In this document: positions 38,105 to 47,600 of the stretch, in pieces
Layout: each line of letters begins with the position of its first letter
How positions within the stretch are numbered: the stretch's first letter is position 1
DNA from: Deltaproteobacteria bacterium
GTDB lineage: Bacteria; Desulfobacterota; Binatia; HRBIN30; JACQVA1
Assembly: GCA_016178705.1 (NCBI GenBank)
Contig: JACOST010000028.1
Location: 4,951-68,950 of the forward strand
DNA: 64,000 nucleotides
Reading direction: 5' to 3'
Program-made: the position numbers and the translations under genes
Notes under the pieces: generated by a model
Database searches by the model: none
Told to the model about the DNA's origin: nothing
What the model saw: the letters and a program-made list of their open reading frames with translations, nothing else

Positions 38105-38523
38105 ACGCTCTCTTTCGCGTCCGCTGCGCTCGGCGGAGCCTGCCCTGAGTAGCGAAGCGTATCGAAGGGGGCCGCTGCTCCCTGAGTCGGCCTCACGCGA
38201 ACGCCGCGCGACGACGGCGCCGTGCTGCGATACCAATGCTGGGCTGCTCAACGCCGAGGGTAGCCTCTGGGCTTCTGTGATCCGAGCGTCCCGCGCTCTC
38301 GCGAAGAGGTTCCGATGGCTTCTCTTCTTCTCTTGCCGGGCATCCGACTCCAACTGTGAAGGGAGTACGTGGCCTTCTTGAATCCCCGCAGAGGCCGTCG
38401 CTCGCGTGCAGCACTCGACCATTGGCGTGAACGCGGGGGTCGTCACTCGCCAATCTTTGCGCGAGGCCGTCGCTCAGTGACGCGCCCCATTTGCCCGGCT
38501 CTGAGGCGGGAAAGGAGAGCACG

Positions 38524-38553
38524 AGAGGAAAACCGGCCGCGGTTTTCCTCTCG
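38524..38553. other. Second hairpin GAGAGGAAAACCG-GCCG-CGGTTTTCCTCTC, followed by a GC hairpin (38560-38580)
   Basis: Seen in sequence. Confidence 0.5.
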
Positions 38554-38647
38554 TAGGGGCGCGGGGGCGCAAGCCCCGCTTCTAATGATTCCAGAGCGGC
38601 CGTGGCCCTGCTTGCGTCGCTGCCCGGCGGCGCGGTAGCGTCGCTCC

Positions 38648-39925
38648 ATGCCGCGAGTTCGGACGCGGGCGGGGACGCCCGCGCTACCAAGAAGAAAGAC
38701 GACGGGACGATCGCGGCAGTGGCCGGCTGAAGGCAACTGCCGTATCCCGTTCTGGGTCTATTCCGATCCCGCGATCTACGCGCGTGAGCAGGAACACATC
38801 TTTGGCGGCGCGAGCTGGTCGTACGTCGGGCTGACGGCTGAGATTCCCAAGGCGGGCGACTTCAAGCGTACCTTCATTGGCGATCAGCCGGTGGTGGCCG
38901 TGCGCGATGGTGAGGGCGGCATCAATGTCGTCGTCAATCGCTGCGCGCACCGCGGCGTGCAATTCTGCCGCGTCAATTTGGGCAACGCCAGCGAGTTCAT
39001 GTGCCCCTATCATCAGTGGACCTACGATCTGCGCGGCAACTTGATCGGCGTGCCGTTCCGCAAGGGGCTGCGACGGCAGGGCGGCATGCCGGACGACTTC
39101 ACGTTGGCAGATCATTCGCTGCAGCAGTTGCGCGTTGCCGAGCGCCACGGCGTCATCTTCGCCTCGTTTGCCGCGGCGATGCCGTCGCTCGAAGACTACC
39201 TCGGCGCCGCGATGCTCGCGTACCTCGACCGCGTCTTCGATGGCCGCGCGCTGCGCGTGCTCGGCTACATGCGGCAAGTGATTCCAAGCAATTGGAAGCT
39301 GATGTTCGAGAACATCAAGGACCCGTACCACGCCAGCCTGCTGCACGTGTTTCTCGTCACCTTCGGATTGTTTCGTGCGGATCAACCGTCGGCGGTGCAG
39401 ATGGATGACAGCGGCCGCCACGCCGCGCTGATCTCGCGCCGCGGTGAGCAGCCGCCGTCGGCGGGGACGGCGGAGATGAAATCGTTTCTCGCTGACTTCA
39501 AGCTGAACGATCCGACGCTGCTCACGCCGGTGAAGGAATTCCCCGGTGACGCGACCGTCGTGATGCAAACGATTTGGCCGAACCTGATTGTCCAACAACA
39601 ATCCAACACCCTCGCCACGCGCCAGTTGGTCACTCGCGGACCGGACGCGTTCGAGTTGGTGTGGACCTTCTTCGGCTACGAGAGCGACAGCGCGGAGATG
39701 ACGCAGATCCGGTTGCGCCAGGCGAATCTGATGGGACCGGCCGGCCTGGTGTCGATCGACGATAGCGAGATGATGGAGTTCTCGCAGGCCGGAGTGTCGT
39801 CCGCGGACGCCGGCGCCGCTGTGATCGAACTCGGCGGGCGCGACGCCGCCAACACCGACCACATGATCACCGAGACCGCGATCCGCGGCTTCTATCGCTA
39901 CTACCGCGAGGTGATGGGCTTGTGA
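38648..39925 (+). CDS. Rieske non-heme iron ring-hydroxylating oxygenase, alpha subunit (start uncertain)
   Basis: Rieske CAHRG...CPYHQW. Catalytic domain with conserved His/Asp. Confidence 0.8.
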   Translation: MPRVRTRAGTPALPRRKTTGRSRQWPAEGNCRIPFWVYSDPAIYAREQEHIFGGASWSYVGLTAEIPKAGDFKRTFIGDQPVVAVRDGEGGINVVVNRCAHRGVQFCRVNLGNASEFMCPYHQWTYDLRGNLIGVPFRKGLRRQGGMPDDFTLADHSLQQLRVAERHGVIFASFAAAMPSLEDYLGAAMLAYLDRVFDGRALRVLGYMRQVIPSNWKLMFENIKDPYHASLLHVFLVTFGLFRADQPSAVQMDDSGRHAALISRRGEQPPSAGTAEMKSFLADFKLNDPTLLTPVKEFPGDATVVMQTIWPNLIVQQQSNTLATRQLVTRGPDAFELVWTFFGYESDSAEMTQIRLRQANLMGPAGLVSIDDSEMMEFSQAGVSSADAGAAVIELGGRDAANTDHMITETAIRGFYRYYREVMGL

Positions 39926-39943
39926 GTAGTAGGCAGACGGCAG
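39926..39943. repeat. TAGGCAG-like heptamers immediately after the Rieske alpha stop
   Basis: gtagtaggcagacggcag. Confidence 0.65.
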
Positions 39944-39958
39944 TGGGAGGAAGGGCCG

Positions 39959-40432
39959 ATGGATCGCTACGCGCTGCGCATCGAGATCGATGAACTCTAC
40001 GCCGACTACGTCGCCTGTCTCGATGACGACGAATTGGAGCGCTGGCCGGAGTTTTTCACCGATTCGTGTCTCTACAAGATCGTCCCGCGCGAGAACTACG
40101 AGCGCGACCTGCCGCTCGCGCTGATGATGTGCGAGAGCCAGGGGATGTTGCGTGATCGCGTCGCGGCGGTGCGCAAGACCAGCGTATTCGCCCCGCGCGC
40201 TCTGCGCCATCTGGTCGGCAGCATCCGTATCAACGAAGAGCCCGACGGAGGCCTGCGCGTGCGCGCGAACTTTGTGCTGATGCAGAGCACGATCGACCAG
40301 GGAGTGGCGGTGTTCAACGCCGGTCAGTATCTCGATCGCCTCGTGCGTCTGGATGGACGACTCAAATTCCAAGAGAAACTGTGCATCCTCGACGGCAGCC
40401 TGATTGCCGGTTCGCTCATCTATCCCATCTGA
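39959..40432 (+). CDS. Ring-hydroxylating dioxygenase beta subunit (NTF2-like)
   Basis: 157 aa. Position after the alpha subunit. DxxxxF/Y-rich pattern. Confidence 0.7.
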   Translation: MDRYALRIEIDELYADYVACLDDDELERWPEFFTDSCLYKIVPRENYERDLPLALMMCESQGMLRDRVAAVRKTSVFAPRALRHLVGSIRINEEPDGGLRVRANFVLMQSTIDQGVAVFNAGQYLDRLVRLDGRLKFQEKLCILDGSLIAGSLIYPI

Positions 40433-40448
40433 GCCCATCGCAATGTGT

Positions 40449-40501
40449 GGGTAAATTTGCGGGCAAATTTGCCGGCAAAATTTGCGGGCAAAATTTGCGG
40501 G
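40449..40501. repeat. Tandem 13-mer array (GCGGGCAAAATTT-like), ~4 units
   Basis: gggtaaatttgcgggcaaatttgccggcaaaatttgcgggcaaaatttgcggg. Confidence 0.8.
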
Positions 40502-40563
40502 ATTGATTCGCGCGACGGGGTGCGGTTATGCTCCGGCTCGCACGGCCGAAGGGAGACCCAGCG

Positions 40564-41844
40564 ATGAAGTTTACGTGGTTCCATCTGATGCCCTATCGTT
40601 GGCTGCCGACTGACTTTCGCGAGCGCTATCACGGGGTGTGGGTCGACGTGCCCAATCGACTCTACGATCCCGAACGCGGACACGCGCTCTACAACGAATA
40701 CCTCGACATGCTCGAATTCGCCGACCAGTGCGGCTTCGATGCGGTCGGCGTCAACGAGCATCATCAGAACGCGTACGGGATGATGCCATCGCCCAACCTG
40801 ATGGCCGCGGCGCTCACCCGCCGCACCACCAACGCCATGATCCTGGTGCTCGGCAATTCGATCGCGCTCTACAATCCGCCGGTGCGCGTGGCAGAAGAGT
40901 TCGCGATGCTCGACGTGATATCCGGCGGGCGCCTGATCGCCGGCTTTCCGGTCGGTACCTCGATGGACATCAACTATTGCTACGGCCAGAACCCGGCGAC
41001 CGTTCGCGACAAGTATCGCGAGGGGCACGACCTCATCATCAAGGCGTGGTGCGAGCGCGAGCCGTTTGCGTGGAACGGCAAGTACACCAAACTGCGCTAC
41101 GTGAACTTGTGGCCGCGGCCGATCCAGCAGCCGTATCCGCCGATCTGGATTCCCGGCCTTGGCTCGATCGAGACCTGGGACTTCTGCCTCGATCACGACT
41201 ACAACTACAGCTACCTTTCGTTCAGCGGCTACAAGCGCGCGCTCAACATGATGAACGGTTACTGGGAGCATTGCGCGAAGAAGGGCAAGGAGACCAATCC
41301 GTATCGCGGCGCGTTCTTCCAGCAAGTGTGCATCAGCGATACCGATGCGGCGTGCGAACGCGAGTGGTGGCCGCACGTGGACTATTTCTTCAACAAGTGC
41401 TTGCACCTCTATCCCGGGATGGCGGGCGCCCCCGGTTACATGTCGGAAGCGTCAATGCGGGCGGGCGTGGTCTCCCAGGTCGGCAATACCAAGGGCAACA
41501 TGGGGATGGACAAAACGTGGAAGGAACTCGTCGATCAGCGCTACATCGTCGCGGGTTCGCCTGAGACCGTGCGGCAGCAACTGGAAGACCTGACGAAGTC
41601 GCTTCGCATCGGGCACTTGATCCTCGGCATGCAGATCGGCTCGGCACCGATCGATCTGGTGAATCGCTCGACGGAGGTATTCGCGCAGCAAGTGATGCCG
41701 AAATTGCGCCCGATCTGGAATGAGTTCGAAGATCACTGGTGGCCGAAGGCGCTGCCGAGCGCGCGGCGCGTGGCACCCGGCAGCACCAACGAGCCCACCG
41801 CGCGCGCGGCGCTGGTGGCCAGCGGACTGGAGGCGCGGTCGTGA
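40564..41844 (+). CDS. LLM-class flavin-dependent oxidoreductase (luciferase-like monooxygenase)
   Basis: MKFTWFHLMPY start. TIM-barrel LLM pattern with GFDAVGVNEHHQ. Confidence 0.8.
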   Translation: MKFTWFHLMPYRWLPTDFRERYHGVWVDVPNRLYDPERGHALYNEYLDMLEFADQCGFDAVGVNEHHQNAYGMMPSPNLMAAALTRRTTNAMILVLGNSIALYNPPVRVAEEFAMLDVISGGRLIAGFPVGTSMDINYCYGQNPATVRDKYREGHDLIIKAWCEREPFAWNGKYTKLRYVNLWPRPIQQPYPPIWIPGLGSIETWDFCLDHDYNYSYLSFSGYKRALNMMNGYWEHCAKKGKETNPYRGAFFQQVCISDTDAACEREWWPHVDYFFNKCLHLYPGMAGAPGYMSEASMRAGVVSQVGNTKGNMGMDKTWKELVDQRYIVAGSPETVRQQLEDLTKSLRIGHLILGMQIGSAPIDLVNRSTEVFAQQVMPKLRPIWNEFEDHWWPKALPSARRVAPGSTNEPTARAALVASGLEARS

Positions 41845-42668
41845 GCGCGGATACGGCGAAGTCTCGTATACTGGCGCTCGGCGCCGAGCGCCCGACGATT
41901 GAAGTGCTCGAAGCTGGCAGCGGCGCGCCGTTGCTGTTCCTGCACGGCGCCGGCGGCGTCGCGGCGTGGGCGGGGGTGCTGCCGCTGCTGGCGCGCGAGT
42001 TTCATGTCTATGCACCGCTATTGCCGGGATTCGGTCAGTCCACCGGTCTCGACTATCTCGACGATCAGTTTGATTTGTTTCTGCACGGCTTCGACGTGAT
42101 GGATGCGCTCGGCTTGAACCAGCCGTACGTCGTCGGTGAGTCGATGGGCGGCTGGATGGCGGCGGAGATGGCCGCGCTGCGTCCCGACAAGATCGGCCGG
42201 CTCGCGTTGGCGGCGCCGATCGGGTTGTGGCGCGACGAAGCACCGGTTGCCGACATGTTCGGCATGATGAACCACGAGATGGTGCCGTTGCTGTTTCACG
42301 ACGTCACGTGTCCGGCGGCGCAGGCGATGCTCGGACTGAATGCGCTCATCAGCGACAAGGACGATCGCACCGCCGCGCAGGTCGAGACGCTGATCGCGTT
42401 AGCGCGCGGCGCGCGCACCGCGGCGAAGTTTCTGTTCCCGGTACCGGAGAACGGACTCGAGCGGCGGCTATGGCGCATTCAAGCCGAGACACTGATCGTC
42501 TGGGGCGCCAATGATCGCTTCATCGCGCCGTCGTATGCTGACATCTTCAAGCAGAAGATCCGCAACGCCCAGGTGTTGCAGATCCCCAATGCCGGCCATC
42601 TGCTCGCGCTCGAAGCGTCGGCTGCCCTCGGCAAGGCCTTGTGCGACTGGGGCAAGCGCGAACGTTAG
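41841..42668 (+). CDS. Alpha/beta hydrolase
   Basis: GESMGG nucleophile elbow. GTG start overlaps the upstream stop. Confidence 0.75.
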   Translation: MSADTAKSRILALGAERPTIEVLEAGSGAPLLFLHGAGGVAAWAGVLPLLAREFHVYAPLLPGFGQSTGLDYLDDQFDLFLHGFDVMDALGLNQPYVVGESMGGWMAAEMAALRPDKIGRLALAAPIGLWRDEAPVADMFGMMNHEMVPLLFHDVTCPAAQAMLGLNALISDKDDRTAAQVETLIALARGARTAAKFLFPVPENGLERRLWRIQAETLIVWGANDRFIAPSYADIFKQKIRNAQVLQIPNAGHLLALEASAALGKALCDWGKRER

Positions 42669-42711
42669 TCCAAACAAGAGTGGTCCGCACAGCGGACCGT
42701 ACGGAGATCTC

Positions 42712-42737
42712 GTAGGGGCGACGCATGCGTCGCCCGC
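42712..42737. repeat. Single REP-like palindromic unit, preceded by the hairpin ggtccgcacagcggacc (42682-42698)
   Basis: gtaggggcgacgcatgcgtcgcccgc. Confidence 0.8.
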
Positions 42738-42791
42738 GAAGTGACGCGAACCGCCGCCACCAAAGGCGGCGAAAGAAAGAGAGGATGCTCT

Positions 42792-43952
42792 GTGACCCCA
42801 ACGATCCACGGAACTTGTGATGCGCGCTTCGCGCCGTTGCGCGACACCTTCGTGCGCAACTTCTCCACCTTCGGCGAGACCGGCGCTGCGCTGTCGATCA
42901 CGATCGACAACAAGCCCGTCGTCGATCTGTGGGCTGGCCACGCCGATGCCGCGCGCACCAAGGAGTGGCGGGCCGACACCATCGTCAACGTCTACTCGAC
43001 CACCAAAGGGATGGCGGCGATCTGCGCGCACCGCTTGGCGGATCAAGGGCGACTCGACTTCGACGCGCCGGTGACGAAGTACTGGCCTGAGTTCGCGCAA
43101 GCGGGCAAGAGCGACCTGCCGGTGCGCTATCTGCTCAGCCACCAAGCGGGGTTGCCGGCGGTGAAGCGCGCGATGGAACCGCACGCGATGTACGAGCCGC
43201 TGAAGATGGCGACGGCGCTGGCGGCGCAGGAACCGTGGTGGCAGCCCGGTACCAAACACGGCTATCACGCGGTGACGTATGGCTGGCTCGTTGGCGAAGT
43301 GGTGAGGCGGATCACCGGCAAGACGCTCGGCACGTTCTTCCGCGACGAAGTGGCGCAGCCGCTCGGCGTCGATTTCCACATTGGCTTGCCGGTGGAACAT
43401 GAGCCCCGCGTCGCACCGCTAATTCTCCCGCCACCGCCGACGGCGGAGCAGGCCGACCTGTTTGCCGAGATCCTCAAGGACCCGGAGTCGATGCTCGCCA
43501 AGGCGTTCATCAATCCGCCAGTGCCACTCGACGCGGTCAACTCGCGCGAATGGCGCGCCGCGGAAATTCCCGCGGCCAACGGGCACACCAACGCCCGTGC
43601 GCTGGCGCGCGTGTACGGTGTGCTCGCGAGTGGTGGTGCGCTCAACGGGACGCGCTTGCTGAGCCAAGCGGCGATTGATGGCGCGCTGATCCAGCAAGCG
43701 GACGGACCCGACGCGGTGCTGCCGCTCCACACGCGTTTCGGCCTCGGCTTCATGCTGTCGACCCCGAAGGAAAAGATGGGTCCGAACCCGCGCACCTTCG
43801 GCCACGGCGGCATGGGTGGCTCGATGGCATTTGCAGACCCCGACGCGCGTCTGGGGTTCGGCTACGTGATGAACGAAATGCACAGCGGCCTGTGGCTGAT
43901 CGACCCGCGCCCGGTGGCGTTGATCGAGGCGCTCTACGCGTCACTGGCGTGA
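42792..43952 (+). CDS. Serine hydrolase, beta-lactamase class C / esterase family
   Basis: STTK (SxxK) motif. YxN-like and HGG motifs. GTG start with RBS GAGAGGA. Confidence 0.75.
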   Translation: MTPTIHGTCDARFAPLRDTFVRNFSTFGETGAALSITIDNKPVVDLWAGHADAARTKEWRADTIVNVYSTTKGMAAICAHRLADQGRLDFDAPVTKYWPEFAQAGKSDLPVRYLLSHQAGLPAVKRAMEPHAMYEPLKMATALAAQEPWWQPGTKHGYHAVTYGWLVGEVVRRITGKTLGTFFRDEVAQPLGVDFHIGLPVEHEPRVAPLILPPPPTAEQADLFAEILKDPESMLAKAFINPPVPLDAVNSREWRAAEIPAANGHTNARALARVYGVLASGGALNGTRLLSQAAIDGALIQQADGPDAVLPLHTRFGLGFMLSTPKEKMGPNPRTFGHGGMGGSMAFADPDARLGFGYVMNEMHSGLWLIDPRPVALIEALYASLA

Positions 43953-43978
43953 GCACCGATGCGTTTCGATCAAAGCTT

Positions 43979-44127
43979 TGCGCAAGACGGCCCTCGATAC
44001 GATCGCTTCGCGATCTACTCGGGCAAACGGATATTTGGAGAGATCGTGAAAACAAACCGCTTCCCCGAGTAGTCGCACTGAGTAGAAGCCGAAGGCTTCG
44101 TATCGAAGGGCGGCGCATCGAGGGGCT
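43979..44127. repeat. ~140-bp structured dispersed element (copy 1)
   Basis: TGCGCAAGACGGCCCTCGATACGATCGCTTCGCGATCTACTCGGGCAAACGG...CCCCGAGTAG...GAAGCCGAAGGCTTCGTATCGA...ATCGAGGGGC, with internal inverted repeats. Confidence 0.8.
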
Positions 44128-44164
44128 ACTTTATGCAGCGCTCGCTCAGAAGGAGGGACAACCA

Positions 44165-44638
44165 ATGACGCTAGTTACCAAGTCGCTGTGCACTGCGACG
44201 ATCACTCTCATTGCGCTCGCCGTCGCCGCCGGCGCGTCGGCCAAAGGACACGGCTCGAAGACCCGCGCGGCAATCGAGGCCGCCAACCAACGCTTCATGG
44301 TGGCGGCTGCTCGGGGTGATGCGACCGCTATAGCGGCGCTCTACACCGCGACGGGAGAAGTGTTGCCTCCCAACGGCGAAACTCGCAGCGGCACCCAAGC
44401 CCTGGAGGCATTCTGGAAAGCCGCGTTGGATGCGGGCGTCAAGCAGGCCAAGCTCGACACTGTCGAGGTGGAAGACTGCGGCGACACGGCCTACGAGGTC
44501 GGGCGGTACAGCATGAGCGGCGCCGATGGGCAGGCGATCGACACGGGAAAGTACATCGTGGTGTGGAAACGGCAGAGGGGTCAGTGGAAGTTGCACCGCG
44601 ATATCTGGAACAGCAACCGCGCGGTGGGCGCGAAGTAG
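44165..44638 (+). CDS. Secreted SnoaL-like / DUF4440 (NTF2 fold) protein
   Basis: Signal peptide ITLIALAVAAGASA. YIVVWKRQRGQWKLHRDIWNS, typical of DUF4440. Confidence 0.6.
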   Translation: MTLVTKSLCTATITLIALAVAAGASAKGHGSKTRAAIEAANQRFMVAAARGDATAIAALYTATGEVLPPNGETRSGTQALEAFWKAALDAGVKQAKLDTVEVEDCGDTAYEVGRYSMSGADGQAIDTGKYIVVWKRQRGQWKLHRDIWNSNRAVGAK

Positions 44639-44665
44639 GCCGCGGCGAATCAAGCGCGATTCATT

Positions 44666-47600
44666 TCAGTCCGCATCCCACGCGACCGCGTGGATTCGCT
44701 GCGGTTCGGTGATGCCCTTGAGCGCTACCTCGCGAGGCGCGCCGAAGCGCGCTGCCGTGTCGCCGGTGGCCGCCTGCAACGCCGCCGACACCAGGATCTC
44801 ACCGCCTTGCGCCGTGCCGGCGATGCGCGCGGCGAGCACGACGTTCTTGCCGAAGAAGTCGTCGGCCTCGCGAATCACTTCGCCGGCGTGCAAACCGATG
44901 CGGACGCGCAACGGCTCGTCCGCATGCCGTTGATTGTAGGCGGTGAACCCTCGTTGCATGGCGATGGCGCAGTGCAGGGCGCGCCGCGCACTCTGGAAGA
45001 CGATCATGAAACCATCGCCTTGCGATTTCACTTCGACGCCGTTGTGGGCTGCGACGTGCTCGCGCACGATCGCGTTATGGGCGCGCAACACGTCGAGCCA
45101 TTTTCGGTCGCCGAGACGCTCGTTGATCACGGTCGAACCCTCGATGTCGCTGAACATGAGCGTGACCGAGCCGTCGCTCGCCGCAACCGAACGCAGATCG
45201 GGGCGGTGGCGTTGCACGTCCGCGGCGACGACCTCGATCGAGGTGGTCATCGTGCCCGACTCCACGCCTTGCGCGCGCAGCTTGAGTGCCAGCGCCATGT
45301 CGAGCCAGCCCTTGAGCCCGAGTTCCTGCGACGTGGCGAGCGCCGCGCCGAGAAGGACGCGCGCCTGCTCACGATCGCCCGGCCCGTCGCGGTCGAGCCG
45401 CATGCGAGCGTAGTCGATCTGCGTGCGCGCTTCCCACGCGCGCGCGCCGAGCCGGCGATCCATCGCCAGCGCGTCTTCGAAGTGCCGCGCCGCGCCCTCG
45501 TAGTAGCGCATGACGCCCGCTAGGTTACCGAGGGCGCGCGTGGCTGCGCCGTAGGTGGTGGCGTGGGCAAAGTGTAGATACAGTTGTTCGTACGGCAACA
45601 GAGTCCGGTACAGCTCTTTCGCACACTCGGAGTCTCGCAGCAGCGTGCAGGTGTCGGCGAGGAGCGCAAGATTCATCAAGTAGTTGCTGTCACGTAAAGT
45701 TGCGAAGCCGGCCTGCGCGATGCGATCGAACTCCGCCCGCGCTTCCGCGTCGCGAGCGAGCTCGGCTAGGTAGCAGGCGAGATGGATGGAGTAGCCCTCG
45801 ACATTCGGGTACAGATCCCGGCCGCGGCGGGTGCCGCGTTCGACCTCGGTCAACCGACCTTGGAAGCGCCGCAGCGCGCCGACCTGCGTAACGAAGACCT
45901 GAAATGCTGCTTCGGGCGCATGCTCTCGTCGCCCCAATGCGGCCTGAATGCACCGTTCCGCTTCATCGAGATGGCCTCGCCACAGAGCGCGGTCAGCCAA
46001 CGTCTGATCCACAATGCGGACGAAGTCCCGTTGTCTGAGCTCGACCGCCAGACGCTGCAAATGAACAAGCTCACGATCCACGCCTTCGCCGTCTCCGCTC
46101 CGAATGCACTCGCGGAGGATGTTGGTCCGCGTGCGGAACTCCTGCTCGCGGTCACCGGTCTCGACAGCCAAACGCAGCGACTCGGTCAACAAGCCCCGCC
46201 GCTCGTCGCTCCGTACCGACAAGCCGAGGAAGAACACGCTGGCTTGCAAATGAATGGCAACCCGGAGCGACTCAGGGTCGTCAATCGAGCGCGCCAGGTC
46301 GATCGCATGCCAGAGTCGAGCATCCCGGTCGTCATTCGTTTCGACCCAACCGCGGACCACCGTGAGCGCGTACAGTATCCGCACGCGCAGCAGGGTGGGG
46401 GCATCTCCGAGTCGCTCCATCGCCTCGTTGAGAGCCTGGCTGCGCTCATCGATCGCGGACATGCTGAAAGGCGTCCCCACATTAATGGCCAGCCCGAGCG
46501 CGGCCCGCGCGAAGAGTTCCGCGTCATCCAGTTCGCGTGCGAGTGCGAGTGCACGCCGATCAGCCTCGTCCGCCTTCGGCACCGAGCCGGAGCAGATTTC
46601 CGCCGTCGCGAGCGCGAGCAGGATCTCGCACCGGCGCCGGCCGTCGACGGTCGTGCCGACCTCAAGAGTCTGCAACGCCCGCTCGTAGTGGTTGGCGGCT
46701 TCCTCGAAGGCGAGCAGGGCGCTCGCGCGCTCGGCGGCGCGCACCGCGTAGTCGACGGCCTTGCCGACGTCGCCGCCGGGCGCGGCCTCGCAGAAGTGAT
46801 GCGCCAGCTCGGCGAGATGCGGCTCGGGCTTGGTGCCGTAGAGCGCTTCGAGCACCTCGGCGGCGCGGCGATGTGAGCGAATGCGCTGGGCAGTGCGCAG
46901 CTCGCCGTAGAGCGTCTCGCGGATCAACGCGTGCGAGAAGCGGTAACGGCCGGCAACCGGCGGCAGCGGGGCGATGATGCGTGCGGCTTCGGCTTCATCG
47001 AGCGCTTCGGCAACTGCGTCGACGGACAATTCACTGACGCCGGGGAGCACGCGCAGCTCGAACTCACGACCGAGTACCGCCGCGATCGTCAGCACCTGGT
47101 TGCAGCGTTCGGAGAGCGTGCTGAGTCGCCGGCCAATCACTTGCCGGACGCCTTGCGGAATCTCGACGCTCCACGATGCCACGGTGTCGGCTCGATCGAG
47201 ACGCCCGTCCGACTGTAAGAGGCGCACGACCTCGGTGATGAAGAAGGGATTGCCTTCGGTCTCGCGGTACACCGCCTCTACGAGTGCAGGTGGTGGTGTA
47301 CGGCCGGCGGTCAACTCGATGAAGCGCGCCACGTCGTCGCCGCTCAAACCGCGCAACAGCACACGTTCGCCGCGCTGATTGCGTACCAATTCGGCGAGCG
47401 TCTGTTCCAGCGGATGCTGGCGGCCGAGCTCGACGTCGCGATAGGTCCCCATCAGCAGCAGACGGGCGTCGCCGATTTCCCGCGCCAGGAATTCGAGCAA
47501 CAGTAACGACGGCTTGTCCGCCCAATGGAGATCGTCGAGCACGACGACCAGCGGTTTGGCGCGCGATGCGTTCCTGAGAAACGTGGTGACGCTTTCGAAC

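Noticed and set aside
37946-38690. ORFs 37946..38446 (-), 38073..38381 (+), 38193..38690 (-), 38369..38638 (+) in the long intergenic region
   Set aside because: No protein-like composition or motifs (poly-Arg/Ser/Glu runs). The region is better explained as structured noncoding sequence.
2432-42737. Possibility that the recurring GGGCGACGCATGCGTCGCCC palindromes are a CRISPR array
   Set aside because: Copies are kilobases apart and are not separated by regular unique spacers. Some occur as inverted rather than direct pairs. No cas genes are present.
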